Positions 35,790 through 46,475 of a stretch of DNA of 64,000 nt are shown in pieces (position 1 is the first letter of the stretch; each line of letters begins with the position of its first letter). Where the stretch lies: the NCBI GenBank assembly GCA_010909165.1, contig MU008170.1:124001-188000 (forward strand). Direction: 5' to 3'. The notes beneath the pieces were generated by a model, which worked only from the letters and a program-made list of their open reading frames with translations, was not told the DNA's origin and ran no database searches. This DNA comes from Anthoceros angustus (Eukaryota; Plantae; Anthocerotophyta). A program made the position numbers and the translations under genes.

Positions 35790-38700
35790 GCAGCTTGGAT
35801 CTAAGAGGCTAGAGTAGGTAAAACAGCAGGCTTGCCGAGGGCTTGCTGCTAGCCCTTGGCGTAGCGGGTCCTTGTTCTTCCCAGCGACCTACGAGCCTGT
35901 AGCATCGTAGCCTGCTAAGAGGAGCAGGGTGTCATTCTCCAACATCGATCCTTCACATAGACGTCACCATGAAGTTTGCCTCTGATGTCTCGACTTCATG
36001 CTCATATTTTACTTTTCAGCAATCATCCTTGATATTTTCTTCCAAATTTGGCATTGAAGACCAAAAAAAATTAAAATTTTTGATAAAATATGAAAATATT
36101 TAATTTACGCCAAAAATCATAACCTTCTACCGTAATATTTTTAGGGTTCCAAGGAGTATATAAGAGAGGTACAAGGCTCTAGGCATATGCATAGCTATTT
36201 ATTAATGTTTCTGAGGTTAGCAATGTTGGTGGTGTCGAAAAAAGAAGTCCTAAGTTCGGTACATTAAGAAATAGTGTGCTATGCATATATATAGCCCTTG
36301 GCTTTGACATACTCTCGATAGGTATAAACCCTATCTCGATCATGGGATTGTCCTATATCTTTTTAGGACTTATTCTTTGAACTCTTATATGGGATGTGTT
36401 GGACCAATCCTATAGATTTCTCGCACTCCCACTCAACACATCGATACCACTCTTTTAAGCCTAACATCTTGCTAAACTTAGCGTGCTTCTCTAAAGTTAA
36501 CCCTTTGGTCAAAATATCCGCAGCATGTTCTCTATGGGACAATACGCTAGCTCCATCTCTTTGAATTGAACTTTTTCTTTGATGACGTGATGCTTTACTT
36601 CAATGTGTTTCGTTCTTGCGTGAAAAGTAGTATTCTTGGCTAAGTAAATACAACCCTGATTGTCGTTGAAGATGGTTGTTGCACCCTTCTGCTTAAATCT
36701 CATTTTTCCAGGCAATCTTTATAGCCATATTGCTTCCATTATTGCAGCAAATATTGCCATGTACTCTGCTTCTATAGAGCATAGAGCCACAGACGCCTAC
36801 TACTCCATGAAATGGCTCCCCCAAATAGCATAAATACATATCATGTGCTAGACTTGCGGCCATCGACATCTCCATCTCAATCTAAATCACAAAATCCAAC
36901 CACCTAGGCTTCTTGTTGTCACTCCTTTTGGTATTTCAACTTCTAATGTTTTATGCAATGCAAGTGAATATCCTCTTGATCGCTTGATAATGTCGTTGTT
37001 TAGGATTGGCCAAGAATTGACTCACAACTCCATTGCCTTTACATATGCCTCTATCGCCAAATATGTAAGACGTGAGCAGTGCGTTGATGAGTCTTATCTA
37101 CCTTCTCCTTCTCCTTTTCGCTTATAGGGCTTATCTCCTTCAATAGCTTCTTATTGAAAATCATTGCGTCTTCATAGGTTTGCAATCATGGGCATGCCAA
37201 AGCGTTTTAGTATGGTCTCCGCATACATTTGTTAGCTCAAACAGATCTGCTTGTTAGCCCTATTCTTTTCCACCTTTATTTCTAAGAAATAGTGGAGCTC
37301 ACCCAAATCTTTCATATCACAGCTTGCATTAAGACTTTTCTTTGCTGAGTTGAAGAGTTTCATGTCATTGCCAACAACAATAATCAAATTGTCCACATAG
37401 ATATATCAATGATAATTATCGATTTTTCACATAGATATTCAAATCAACATTGCTTTTCTTAAACCTCTAGTGAAAAACACATCAAGCTTACGATACGGCG
37501 AGGCGGCTTGGATCTAAGAGGCTAGAGTAGGTAAACGGCGCTTGCGAGGGCTTCGCTAGCCCTGGCGTAGCGGGTCCTTGTTCTTCCCAGCGACCTACGA
37601 GCCTGTAGCATCGTAGCTGCTAAGAGGAGCGGTGTCATTCTCCAACATCGATCCTTCACATAGAGCGTCACCATGAAGTTTGCCTCGATGTCTCGACTTC
37701 ATGCTCATATTTTACTTTTCAGCAATCATCCTTGATATTTTCTTCCAAATTTGGCATTGAAGACCAAAAAAAATTAAAATTTTTGATAAAATATGAAAAT
37801 ATTTAATTTACGCCAAAAATCATAACCTTCTACCGTAATATTTTTAGGGTTCCAAGGAGTATATAAGAGAGGTACAAGGCTCTAGGCATATGCATAGCTA
37901 TTTATTAATGTTTTACAGGGTTAGCAATGTTGGTGGTGTCAGAAAACAGTAAGTCCTAAGTTCGGTACATTAAGAAATAGTGTGCTATGCATACGTATAT
38001 AGCCCTTGGCTTTGACATACTCTCGATAGGTATAAACCCTATCTCGATCATGGGATTGTCCTATATCTTTTTAGGACTTATTCTTTGAACTCTTATATGG
38101 GATGTGTTGGACCAATCCTATAGATTTCTCGCACTCCCACTCAACACATCGATACCACTCTTTTAAGCCTAACATCTTGCTAAACTTAGCGTGCTTCTCT
38201 AAAGTTAACCCTTTGGTCAAAATATCTGCAGGCATGTTCTCTATGGGACAATACGCTAGCTCCATCTCTTTGAATTGAACTTTTTCTTTGATGACGTGAT
38301 GCTTTACTTCAATGTGTTTCGTTCTTGCGTGAAAAGTAGTATTCTTGGCTAAGTAAATACAACCCTGATTGTCGTTGAAGATGGTTGTTGCACCCATACC
38401 TTAAATCTCATTTTTCCAGGCAATCTTTATAGCCATATTGCTTCCATTATTGCAGCAAATATTGCCATGTACTCTGCTTCTATAGAGCATAGAGCCACAG
38501 ACGCCTACTACTCCATGAAATGGCTCCCCCAAATAGCATAAATACATATCATGTGCTAGACTTGCGGCCATCGACATCTCCATCTCAATCTAAATCACAA
38601 AATCCAACCACCTAGGCTTCTTGTTGTCACTCCTTTTGGTATTTCAACTTCTAATGTTTTATGCAATGCAAGTACTTGAATATCCTCTTGACTGCTTGAT

Positions 38701-39235
38701 AATGCTGTTGTTTAGGATTGGCCAAGAATTGACTCACAACTCCCATTGCCTTTGCAATGTCAGGCCCTGTCCCTATCGCCAAATATGTAAGACAGTGAAC
38801 AGTGCGTTGGTACGAGAGTCTTATCTACCTTCTCCTTCTCCTTTTCAGTTATAGGGCTTATCTCCTTCAATAGCTTCTTATTGAAAATCATTGGCGTCTT
38901 CATAGGTTTGCAATCATGGGCATGCCAAAACGTTTTAGTATGGTCTCCGCATACATTTGTTAGCTCAAACAGATCTGCTTGTTAGCCCTATTCTTTTCCA
39001 CCTTTATTTCTAAGAAATAGTGGAGCTCACCCAAATCTTTCATATCACAGCTTGCATTAAGACTTTTCTTTGCTGAGTTGAAGAGTTTCATGTCATTGCC
39101 AACAATAATCAAATTGTCCACATAGATATCAATGATAATTATCGATTTTTCACATAGATATTCAAATCAACATTGCTTTTCTTAAACCTCTAGACTGGAA
39201 AAACACATCAAGCTTACGATACGAAGCGAGGGCAG
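35790..39235. repeat. Tandem segmental duplication, ~1.7-kb unit (35790-37497 and about 37500-39235)
   Basis: Both copies start at GCTTGGATCTAAGAGGCTAGAGTAGG and copy A ends at CAAGCTTACGATACG. Indels cluster on both sides of the junction. Confidence 0.95.
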
Positions 39236-39467
39236 ATTGCTTAAGACCATAGAGAGTTTTAGCAGCCTACATATCTCTCCCTTACGTTCTAGTATTTCGT
39301 ATTCCTCTCGTTGGTCCATGTTGATCTCTTCATCCAAATCTCCATTCAGGAAAGTAGTCAAAACATCCATATGATGTATCTTCATATTGAAAGCGGTTGC
39401 AATAGCTAGGAGAGCTCGAATAGATGCTATCTTAGCAACATGGGAGAAGGTTTCAGTATAATCCACA
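38071..39467 (-). mobile_element. Ty1/copia RT-RNase H fragment, interrupted at 39467 by an LTR; duplicate at about 36330-37497
   Basis: DYTETFSHVAK..SIRALLAIA...HHMDV.T.FLNGDLDEEI; DNQGCIYLAKN..FHARTKHIEVKHH...ADILTKGL. Confidence 0.92.
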
Positions 39468-40190
39468 TGTGGCGTTACTTTCGCTGACGGCCAGCCGGGC
39501 GCGCACCAGTCCCGTGTCGCTGCAATATGGGGTCCGTTCCCAAGGGAATGTCTTGCACGTTCCGTTACCAAATGCTCTCCGCCATTAAGGGACGATGGTT
39601 TACTTGTGGTACCCCGCCTCTACTCGTTCGTCCACCCGAACTGCGGCTAGTCTACTCTTCCTTACGTCGCCCTACTCGTTCATCATACAGGTCCGGGATG
39701 GCCAAACGATTCGGACCCATTTGCGTCCGAAATCTACCGATCTTCACTTACTCCCACCCTCACTTCGTTTCTCTTACCGTTCTCGCTTACATCCAATATG
39801 CCAGTTAAGGTTCACAATCGGGCATGTGTAGGCTGCAGACCTCCGCGTCGCGTCTACCAGGTCTCTTCGTCCGGGCTCTGCACGCCCCTCTCGGAGTCCG
39901 GCTAATTACGCCCACTCCGGTCCGTCGGTCGTCGAACCTTTGTCCGGGAGGAGCAGGGGTCTGGAGTCCTCCGCACCTGTACACACACCACCACGCGTTA
40001 GGGTCTGTCACCAGGACCTGGATCAGTCTCTCCGGAGTAGTCTGCCCGCTCAGTGACTCGGGACTCGCGTTAGCAAGAGACACACAAGGGCCTGCAAAGA
40101 TAATGCGGTATCAACCCCAAAAGAAAGATCCCTGTACTTGAGTGGCGATCACCCTCTTATACTACGTCATGAGGGAGCGCCTTTATTACA
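39468..40190 (-). mobile_element. 3' LTR (723 bp, TG...CA) of a minus-strand LTR retrotransposon inserted in the copia RT
   Basis: Plus strand reads TGTGGCGTTAC...TTTATTACA. On the minus strand a purine-rich GGATTAGGGG (40200-40191) precedes TGTAATAAAG, and a TATAAG box lies near 40160. Confidence 0.75.
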
Positions 40191-40218
40191 CCCCTAATCC
40201 AAGCTAATGTCCAGCTCA

Positions 40219-43200
40219 CTATGCTCCAGCAAGTGGCCCACCTCGTCCCCTACTTTCCCTACCTACGTCTACGGCGGTGGGGATGTGGTTGACCATGATT
40301 CCTCCCTGGCGCTGGCAGCCCAATCCCCAGCTCTGGCATCTGTGGAGCACAAAATCGGATGATCCACGACCCCCAGAGTCCCGCGGAGGCTCTTCCCCTA
40401 CCTCTAATCCTGTCAGGCTGTGCCACTGGAGGTGGACTGACAACTGCGGTGACCACTAAGTCCTCCTCCTCATTGTCCAATGGCGTGCTGGTGGGTCCTT
40501 GCCCTGCGGGTCCGTCTGGAGCCCGTTCTTCCTGGGCTGGTTGAGACTGACTCTCAACCACCCCTACCTCTACTCCCAGGGTTAGAACTACTAGACCCGT
40601 TCCCCCCTCCTGAGTCCGGACCTCAAGGTCCGTCCTCTCCTGTTGAGTCCGGACCTCGGGGTCCGTCCTCTCCTCTGGTCCAGGACCTGGGGAAGGTCCT
40701 CTCCTCTTGAGTCGGACCTCGAGGTGGTCTCTCTCCCGAGTCCCGGGACCTCAAGGTCCTCTCTGAGTCAGGACCTGGGTCCGTCCTCTCCTCTGAGTCC
40801 GGACCTGGGTCCGTCCTCTCCTCTTGAGTCCGGACCTCGAGGTGCGTCCTCTCCTCCTGAGTCCGGACCTCGGGGTTCGTCCTCTCCTCCTGAGTCCGGA
40901 CCTCAGGGTCCGTCCTCCGGAGTTTCCCCCAAGGGTCTGACTTCCCCGTCCGGACCCACCCTTCCTTCGTTCCCTTGCCTCATCCCCTCCTGTGCTAGGT
41001 CCCCTAGCCGCGCCTCCGAGGCTTCCCCCCCTGTGTTCCCCTCCGGAGTTCTCTCTTCCCCTCCCGACGTTGGGTACGACGGACCTACCTCCAATCTTGT
41101 TGTCTCCGCCGCCTCACCCTCCTCCGGTCGACCTTCCTCCTCTGGGCCCTCCCCACTGCTGCTCTCGTCACCAAACAGGGCTCCCAGATTCCCTGTGGCG
41201 GCGCTCTCCCCTAGGCCCTTGTCTCTCCAGGCCCCCTCCAACTCCTTTGGCGGTCCTTCCATCTCAGCAGACGTGTCTTGCCCCCGCCGGGAGCTCCGGC
41301 GTGGTAACCTGTAGTCGGGTCGACACGGTGGATGGCCTCCTCCACATGAGCGTGGAGCACTCGATACTCCCGCCTCCAGAGATTCTCCGGTAGCTGGGCG
41401 TGCCTGGTTGCTTGCTGCACCGTCCCCATCGCGAGGTCATCCAGCTTGGTCCTGGCCGAGTCTCGTGAAGTAGTTAAGGCGGCTTCCGCCACCTCCTAGA
41501 GTCGTTGCTTCTCCTTGGCGCGCTCCTCCTCCTACTGCTTTCGTAGCTCTGCCAACTTTCCGGCCATGGACCGGAGTTCTCCTTCTGCCTTCCGTAGGCG
41601 AATCAGCAGCTTCTGCTCTTCCTTTAGAGCCCTCTCCTGCCCTACCATTTTCTCCTTCAGGGCCGCCATATCCTGTTCCAATCGCCCAGGTAACTCCGCT
41701 CGACTCCTAGTGTCGTCCAGCTCTCTTTCCAGCTCAGCGACCTCTTGCTCCTTGCTGCATCGGCGACTCTCTCCGCCCTCTAGCAGAGCTAGAGTCGCTC
41801 TATCTCCCGCTCATGATCCTCAATTTGTCCTTGGAGGAGTCCATTCCGCTCGTCCACTACCGGTCAGCTCAGTCTCTTTCAGCCTCCAACTGGCGCTCTC
41901 CTTCTAATTCCGGCCCTGACGAGGTCCCCAACTCCTTGGCTCCCATTTCCTCACCCGGGCCTGTGCGCTTGCTCATGGCCGCTCCGCCTCAGGCTTCGTG
42001 GCCGCTCCCGCCTCCTCCATGGTTCCTATCCCGGCGGTGGTCCCTATCGGAAATGGCAGAGGCCTCCGCCTCTCGCCCCCGACAGCCTCCTGCGCTGCAC
42101 TCCTGCGGGCGGCCCTCGCAATTCTTTGGCCCTCTCCGCCTGAAGGCGTGCTCCCTCTGCTTCTTCTCTTGTCACTTCCCTTCTCGACGGGTCCTCCGCT
42201 GCGCTGCGCCTCCTGGCGTGCTTGATTGTGCCACAGTGGAACACCACAGCCACTGTCTGTGGCGGACCTCGCCTCTGTTTCGGTTGTACGGTGCTTCTCC
42301 TCCTCTACTCTAGTGAGAGACTCCGCCTTCCTCTTAGGCGCCTCACGGAGGTCCACCACTCGTCTTTGGGTGGCCTCCACTTCTTGGGTCTTCTCTGCTT
42401 TGTCATGAGTCCACAGACATCACCGTCCATGGCCGGCCCATAGTGTCTCCTCCACGGCTACAGTGAGACCCCAAGAAGTCCGCCATAGGCATCTCGGTCC
42501 GTTAAGGCGCCATACCGCCTCGGTGAGTGCGGATTAGGGACTCGGACCCAGACCCTCGGGTCCTGTCGTCTGATCGGCGCTTCCACCTCCTTGGCCCTTT
42601 GCTGCCAACTCTTTCTCACGTCTTGGCAGGGTGGGAGGTGAGGGAGTCTGGAAGCCCCCATTTCCCCTCTGCATTGGGGATAGGACTAGCTCGGGGTGGG
42701 GTTCTTGCCCGGTGACCCCTGCGCCTTGGGCGGCATCGGCGTTCCGCCTCCTCGCGGCCTCTTCCGCCTCCACCACTCCGTCGGCAAGGTAAGGGCATCG
42801 TGCTATCCTTGGGACGGTGGAATTGGGGCTGCTTCTCTTCTTCCTTCCCTTCGGATCCGGTTTCAGCGGCTTGGTCGGGAGGCGGTTGCGAGGCCCGGTA
42901 GGCTGACCACCAACTCCATCCTCGTAGTAGCCCACGAGGATGGGCATTACGCAGTGGGGAACCAAGAGAAGAGGCGGAATATCCTCCATACTTTCCTTGG
43001 AGGAGGTGCACTCCGGGCATATGGGTTGAATTCCCTCCGGTCTTACGTCCTCTTGGGTGCGTCTTGCCTTGGGTGGGCAGCTCTCCGGTTCCTGCGCTCT
43101 TTCCTCCCACTCTGCCTCCGGTAGGGTCGCCAGCCCCTTTCGGAGCGCTCGCTCCTCCTCCCCTTCTTTTAGAAGATTGAGGTGTCCCCACACATGGACA

Positions 43201-43562
43201 ATGAATGGAGACAACGCCGCAGGGGGTGGCCTCTCGCTCCTCAGCTTCCTCGACTCCTGAGCAATACGGGCGAAGATTATCCGCCCCAACTCCGCCCTCT
43301 TGCCCCTCTGAAGGGCGTGTAGGAGGACCAGCAGATTGTCACCTAGGTGGTCTACATTGGTGAGCATGTTCCAGTGGATGAAAATCTTCGCCACTACCCT
43401 CACTCGCCGGTCCCGTAGGTCCGACATGAGCCATTCGTTGGAGGACCGCTGCGTCCCCGGCCTCTGAAGCGCCATCTTAGCGGCCTCCTGTGAATTTACG
43501 GGCATGAGGTATGCACGCATTTGTGATCGAGAGCTGAGGGGAACAGAAGCACGAGACTCGGA
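40219..43562 (-). mobile_element. Long retrotransposon accessory ORF (plant transposon protein-like domain, coiled coil, 11-aa repeats), frameshifted and 5'-truncated
   Basis: RVVAKIFIHWNML...LLHALQRGK...GRIIFARI...LSPFIVH; an E/R-rich helical stretch at about 41450-41900; stop codon at 40219 just upstream of the purine tract. Confidence 0.65.
40609..40920. repeat. 33-bp tandem repeat (GAGTCCGGACCTCRRGGTCCGTCCTCTCCTCCT), about 9 copies
   Basis: Direct repeats with a frame-preserving unit length, inside the accessory ORF. Confidence 0.92.
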
Positions 43563-45246
43563 TGCACAAAATTGATTAAGTGAATAAACAAATGTCTCAA
43601 GCATGTTTTATACTAAACCCTAATATTGAAAGGATATAAAAGTAATTCTATATATGTCCAACCTAACGGACTAACTTAAGCATAGTCGAGGGTTAATCAT
43701 AATTTAACACTCCCTCTTCTTCTCTTGTCACTTCCCTTCTCAAGACAGTCCTCCGCTGCGCTGCGCCTCCTGGCGTGCTTGGTGACCATGCAGTGAGCAC
43801 CACAGCCTGTCTGTGGCGGACCTCGCCTCTTTAATTGCGTGCTTCTCCTCCTCTACTCTAGTGAGAGACTCGCCTTCCTCTTAGCTGACTGAGCCTCACT
43901 GACCACGGAGGTCCACCACTCGTCTTTGGGTGGCCTCCACTTCTTGGGTCTTCTCTGTTGTCCTTGAGTCACAGACATGCCGTCCATGGCCGCCCAAACT
44001 TCGTGTCTCCTCCACGGCTACATTGTGAGACCCCAAGAAGTCCGCCATGGTAGGCATCTCTCGGTCCGTTAAGGGCGCCATACCGCCTCGGTGAGTGCGG
44101 ATTAGGGACTCGGACCCAGACCCTCAGTCTGTCCGTCTGGTCGGCTTCCACCTCCTTGGCCCTTTGCTGCCAACTCTTTCTCATGCGTCTTGGCAGGGTC
44201 CGGGAGGTGAGGGAGTCGGGGCGCCCATTTCCCCTCTGCATTGGGGATAGGACTAGCTCGGGGTGGGGTTCAGCCCGGTGACCCCTGCGCCTTGGGCGGC
44301 ATCGCGTTCCGCCTCCTCGCCTCTTCCGCCTCCACGCCACTCCGTCGGCAAAGGTAAGGGCATCGGTGCTATCCTTGGGACGGTGGAATTGGGCGCTTCC
44401 TCTTCTTCCCTTCGGATCCGTTTAGGCTCGGCGGCTTGGTCGGGCGGTTGCGAGGCGGGCGGCAGCCACCAACTCCATCCGTCGTAGTAGCCCCGAGGAT
44501 GGGCATTGGTGGGGAACCAAGAGAAGGCGGGAATATCCTCCATACTTTCCTTGGAGGAGGTGCACTCCGGGCATATGGGTTGAATTCCCTCCGGTCTTAG
44601 TCCTCTTGGGTGCGTCTTGCCTTGGGTGGGCAGCTCTCCGGTTCTGCGCTCTTTCCTCCTCGCCTGCCTCCAGGTGGGAGTCGCCCGGCCCGAGCTCGCT
44701 CCTCCTCCTTCTTTTAGAAGATTGAGGTGTCCCCACACATGGACAATGAATGGAGACAACGCAGCGGTGGCCTCTCGCTCCTCGGCTTCCTCGACTCACA
44801 GGCAATACAGGCGAAGATTATCCGCCCAACTCCGCCTCTTGCCCCTCCCAGAAAGGCGTGTAGGAGGACCAGTGATTGTCACCCTGGGTGGTCTACATTG
44901 GTGAGCATGTTCGATGGATGAAAATCTTCGCCACTACCCTCGCCATGATCCCGTGGTCAGGCATGAGCCATTCGTTGGAGGACCGCTGCGTCCCCTCAAG
45001 CGCCATCTTAGCGGCCTCCACCGTGAATTCTGGGCATGAGGTATGCGCATTTGTGATCGAGGCGGGGAGCGAGCCGCGAGACTCGGATGCACAAAATTGA
45101 TTAAGTGAATAAACAAATGTCTCAAGCATGTTTTATACTAAACCCTAATATTGAAAGGATATAAAAGTAATTCTATATATGTCCAACCTAACCGGACACT
45201 AACTTAAGCATAGTCGAGGGTTAATCATAATTTAACACTCCCTCTT
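42158..45246. repeat. Tandem segmental duplication: copy A 42158-43718, copy B 43719-45246 (indel-rich)
   Basis: Both copies run from CTTCTCTTGTCACTTCCC to TTTAACACTCCCTCTT. Confidence 0.95.
45088..45246 (-). mobile_element. Short AT-rich LTR-like segment (~150 bp) with a copia-style polypurine tract; duplicate at 43563-43718
   Basis: Minus strand reads AAGAGGGAG then TGTTAAATTATG...TTTTGTGCA, an abrupt AT-rich block between GC-rich coding remnants. Confidence 0.6.
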
Positions 45247-45309
45247 AAAATTTGGATTATCGTGCGAGGTCAAGGTGTCCAGTATGCTTGAGCTGGGGGT
45301 GCCCGTTGG

Positions 45310-45470
45310 CTGCGCTTGGGGTATCCAGTATGGCTGCCCTTGGGACTATCCACGCTTGGGGTATCCAGTATGGCTGCCCTTGGGACTATCCACGCTTGGG
45401 GTATCCAGTATGGCCCCTTGGGACTATCCGTGGGTAGCGCTTGGGGTATCCAGTATGGCTGCCCTGTCAC
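45310..45470. repeat. ~40-bp tandem array (TGGCTGCCCTTGGGACTATCCACGCTTGGGGTATCCAGTA); related inverted copy at about 49905-49975
   Basis: Direct repeats; 45480-45560 is the reverse complement of about 49785-49870. Confidence 0.88.
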
Positions 45471-45557
45471 CACATTAGCAGCGTTGAGGTTCTCCTTCTC
45501 ACCATGGACTGCTAATTGTACCGATCCCGCATCAAAGCGAGTTCTCTTGTTCAAAAA

Positions 45558-46313
45558 TCGCTCCTGCTCCTCCACAGTGGGCTCCTCCCAATCCAGTATT
45601 GGTGTTGAAGCAAGCTGTCCCTTGGCCCCTATCGCATAGGAGTTGGGAAGCTCACGAGGTGAGCAAAGTTTCAGGCATCGGGACATTGGTAGGGTACCAA
45701 GGCGGCTTCTCCGTTACTTGGCTGATGCAGTGGTGGGATTCAGGGCGTGGCCAAGCGGAGAGTGGGGTCCCAGTAGTCGGGACGGGACCAAGTCCAGCAA
45801 AGGGTGGTGAGCCAAATTGGTCCAATAGTTTAGTAGCGATGGCGAAACTGCCCACAGCCGCATCCAGCCAAAGAGGTGCCCACATGATGTCTTGAACAAC
45901 CGTCATGTCGGCCAAGCAGTAGGAAGTATCCGGTGAGCGGTGTGTTCTCCGAACATAAGCGCACTCGGGTTGAACTCTGGACCCGGTGAGAACACGCCGC
46001 AAGTCCCAAAAGCAGGCGGTGCGGGGTCTTGCAAACACGCCCCTGCCCGACTTGGGAGAAGCCTTGGCACTCCCATCACACCACCACGTCGATGGGGGTG
46101 AGCTGAACATCAGAAAATTGTATGTCGGATGTCTGAGGAAGGCTGTAAAGGTGCTTGAGGTTCGTGAGCAATTGAGCGAAAGCAGCAACACTGAGCTGGC
46201 TCGATGTCTTGGGGTTGCGATGAGTCGTGAGATATAGCGCATGACTACTAGCCCATTCAGTAGAGCTTCAGGGCTGTGCACAATCCTCCGAGCAGTTCCA
46301 GCATTGTAATGCC
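45558..46313 (-). pseudogene. Retrotransposon-borne C5 cytosine DNA methyltransferase domain (motifs I-VIII and most of the C-terminus), frameshifted
   Basis: Read across frameshifts: motif I GITMLELLGGLC (about 46313-46278); motif IV IDVVV-x-WECQGFS (46093-46055); QDPRTACFWDLRRVL; motif VI AYV-x-ENT (about 45960-45941); motif VIII DAAVGSFAHR..YWTNLA (45866-45810); EEPTVEEQER (45587-45558). Order and spacing fit a C5-MTase. Confidence 0.82.
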
Positions 46314-46475
46314 CGTGCGTGGTGTCCGAGTGATGGCGGACTTGTCATGACACGAACGGCGTGGACACTCGGCGGTGCGTGGCTGTGCGGCGCTCGCACT
46401 TGTGGAGTGAGTCAAAGAATCGACACCCTCAGCATCCGAGGACATCTCGAGCATGTGGCAGCCGGCGGTGGTGTC

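Noticed and set aside
43563-43604. ATG at 43604 as the start of the 356-aa accessory ORF
   Set aside because: The first residues (MLETFVYSLNQFCA) lie within the inserted AT-rich LTR-like segment; the true 5' end is missing.
43613-43621. CTAAACCCT as a telomerase RNA template
   Set aside because: It lies inside an LTR-like segment, and no snRNA-type USE/TATA promoter was seen.
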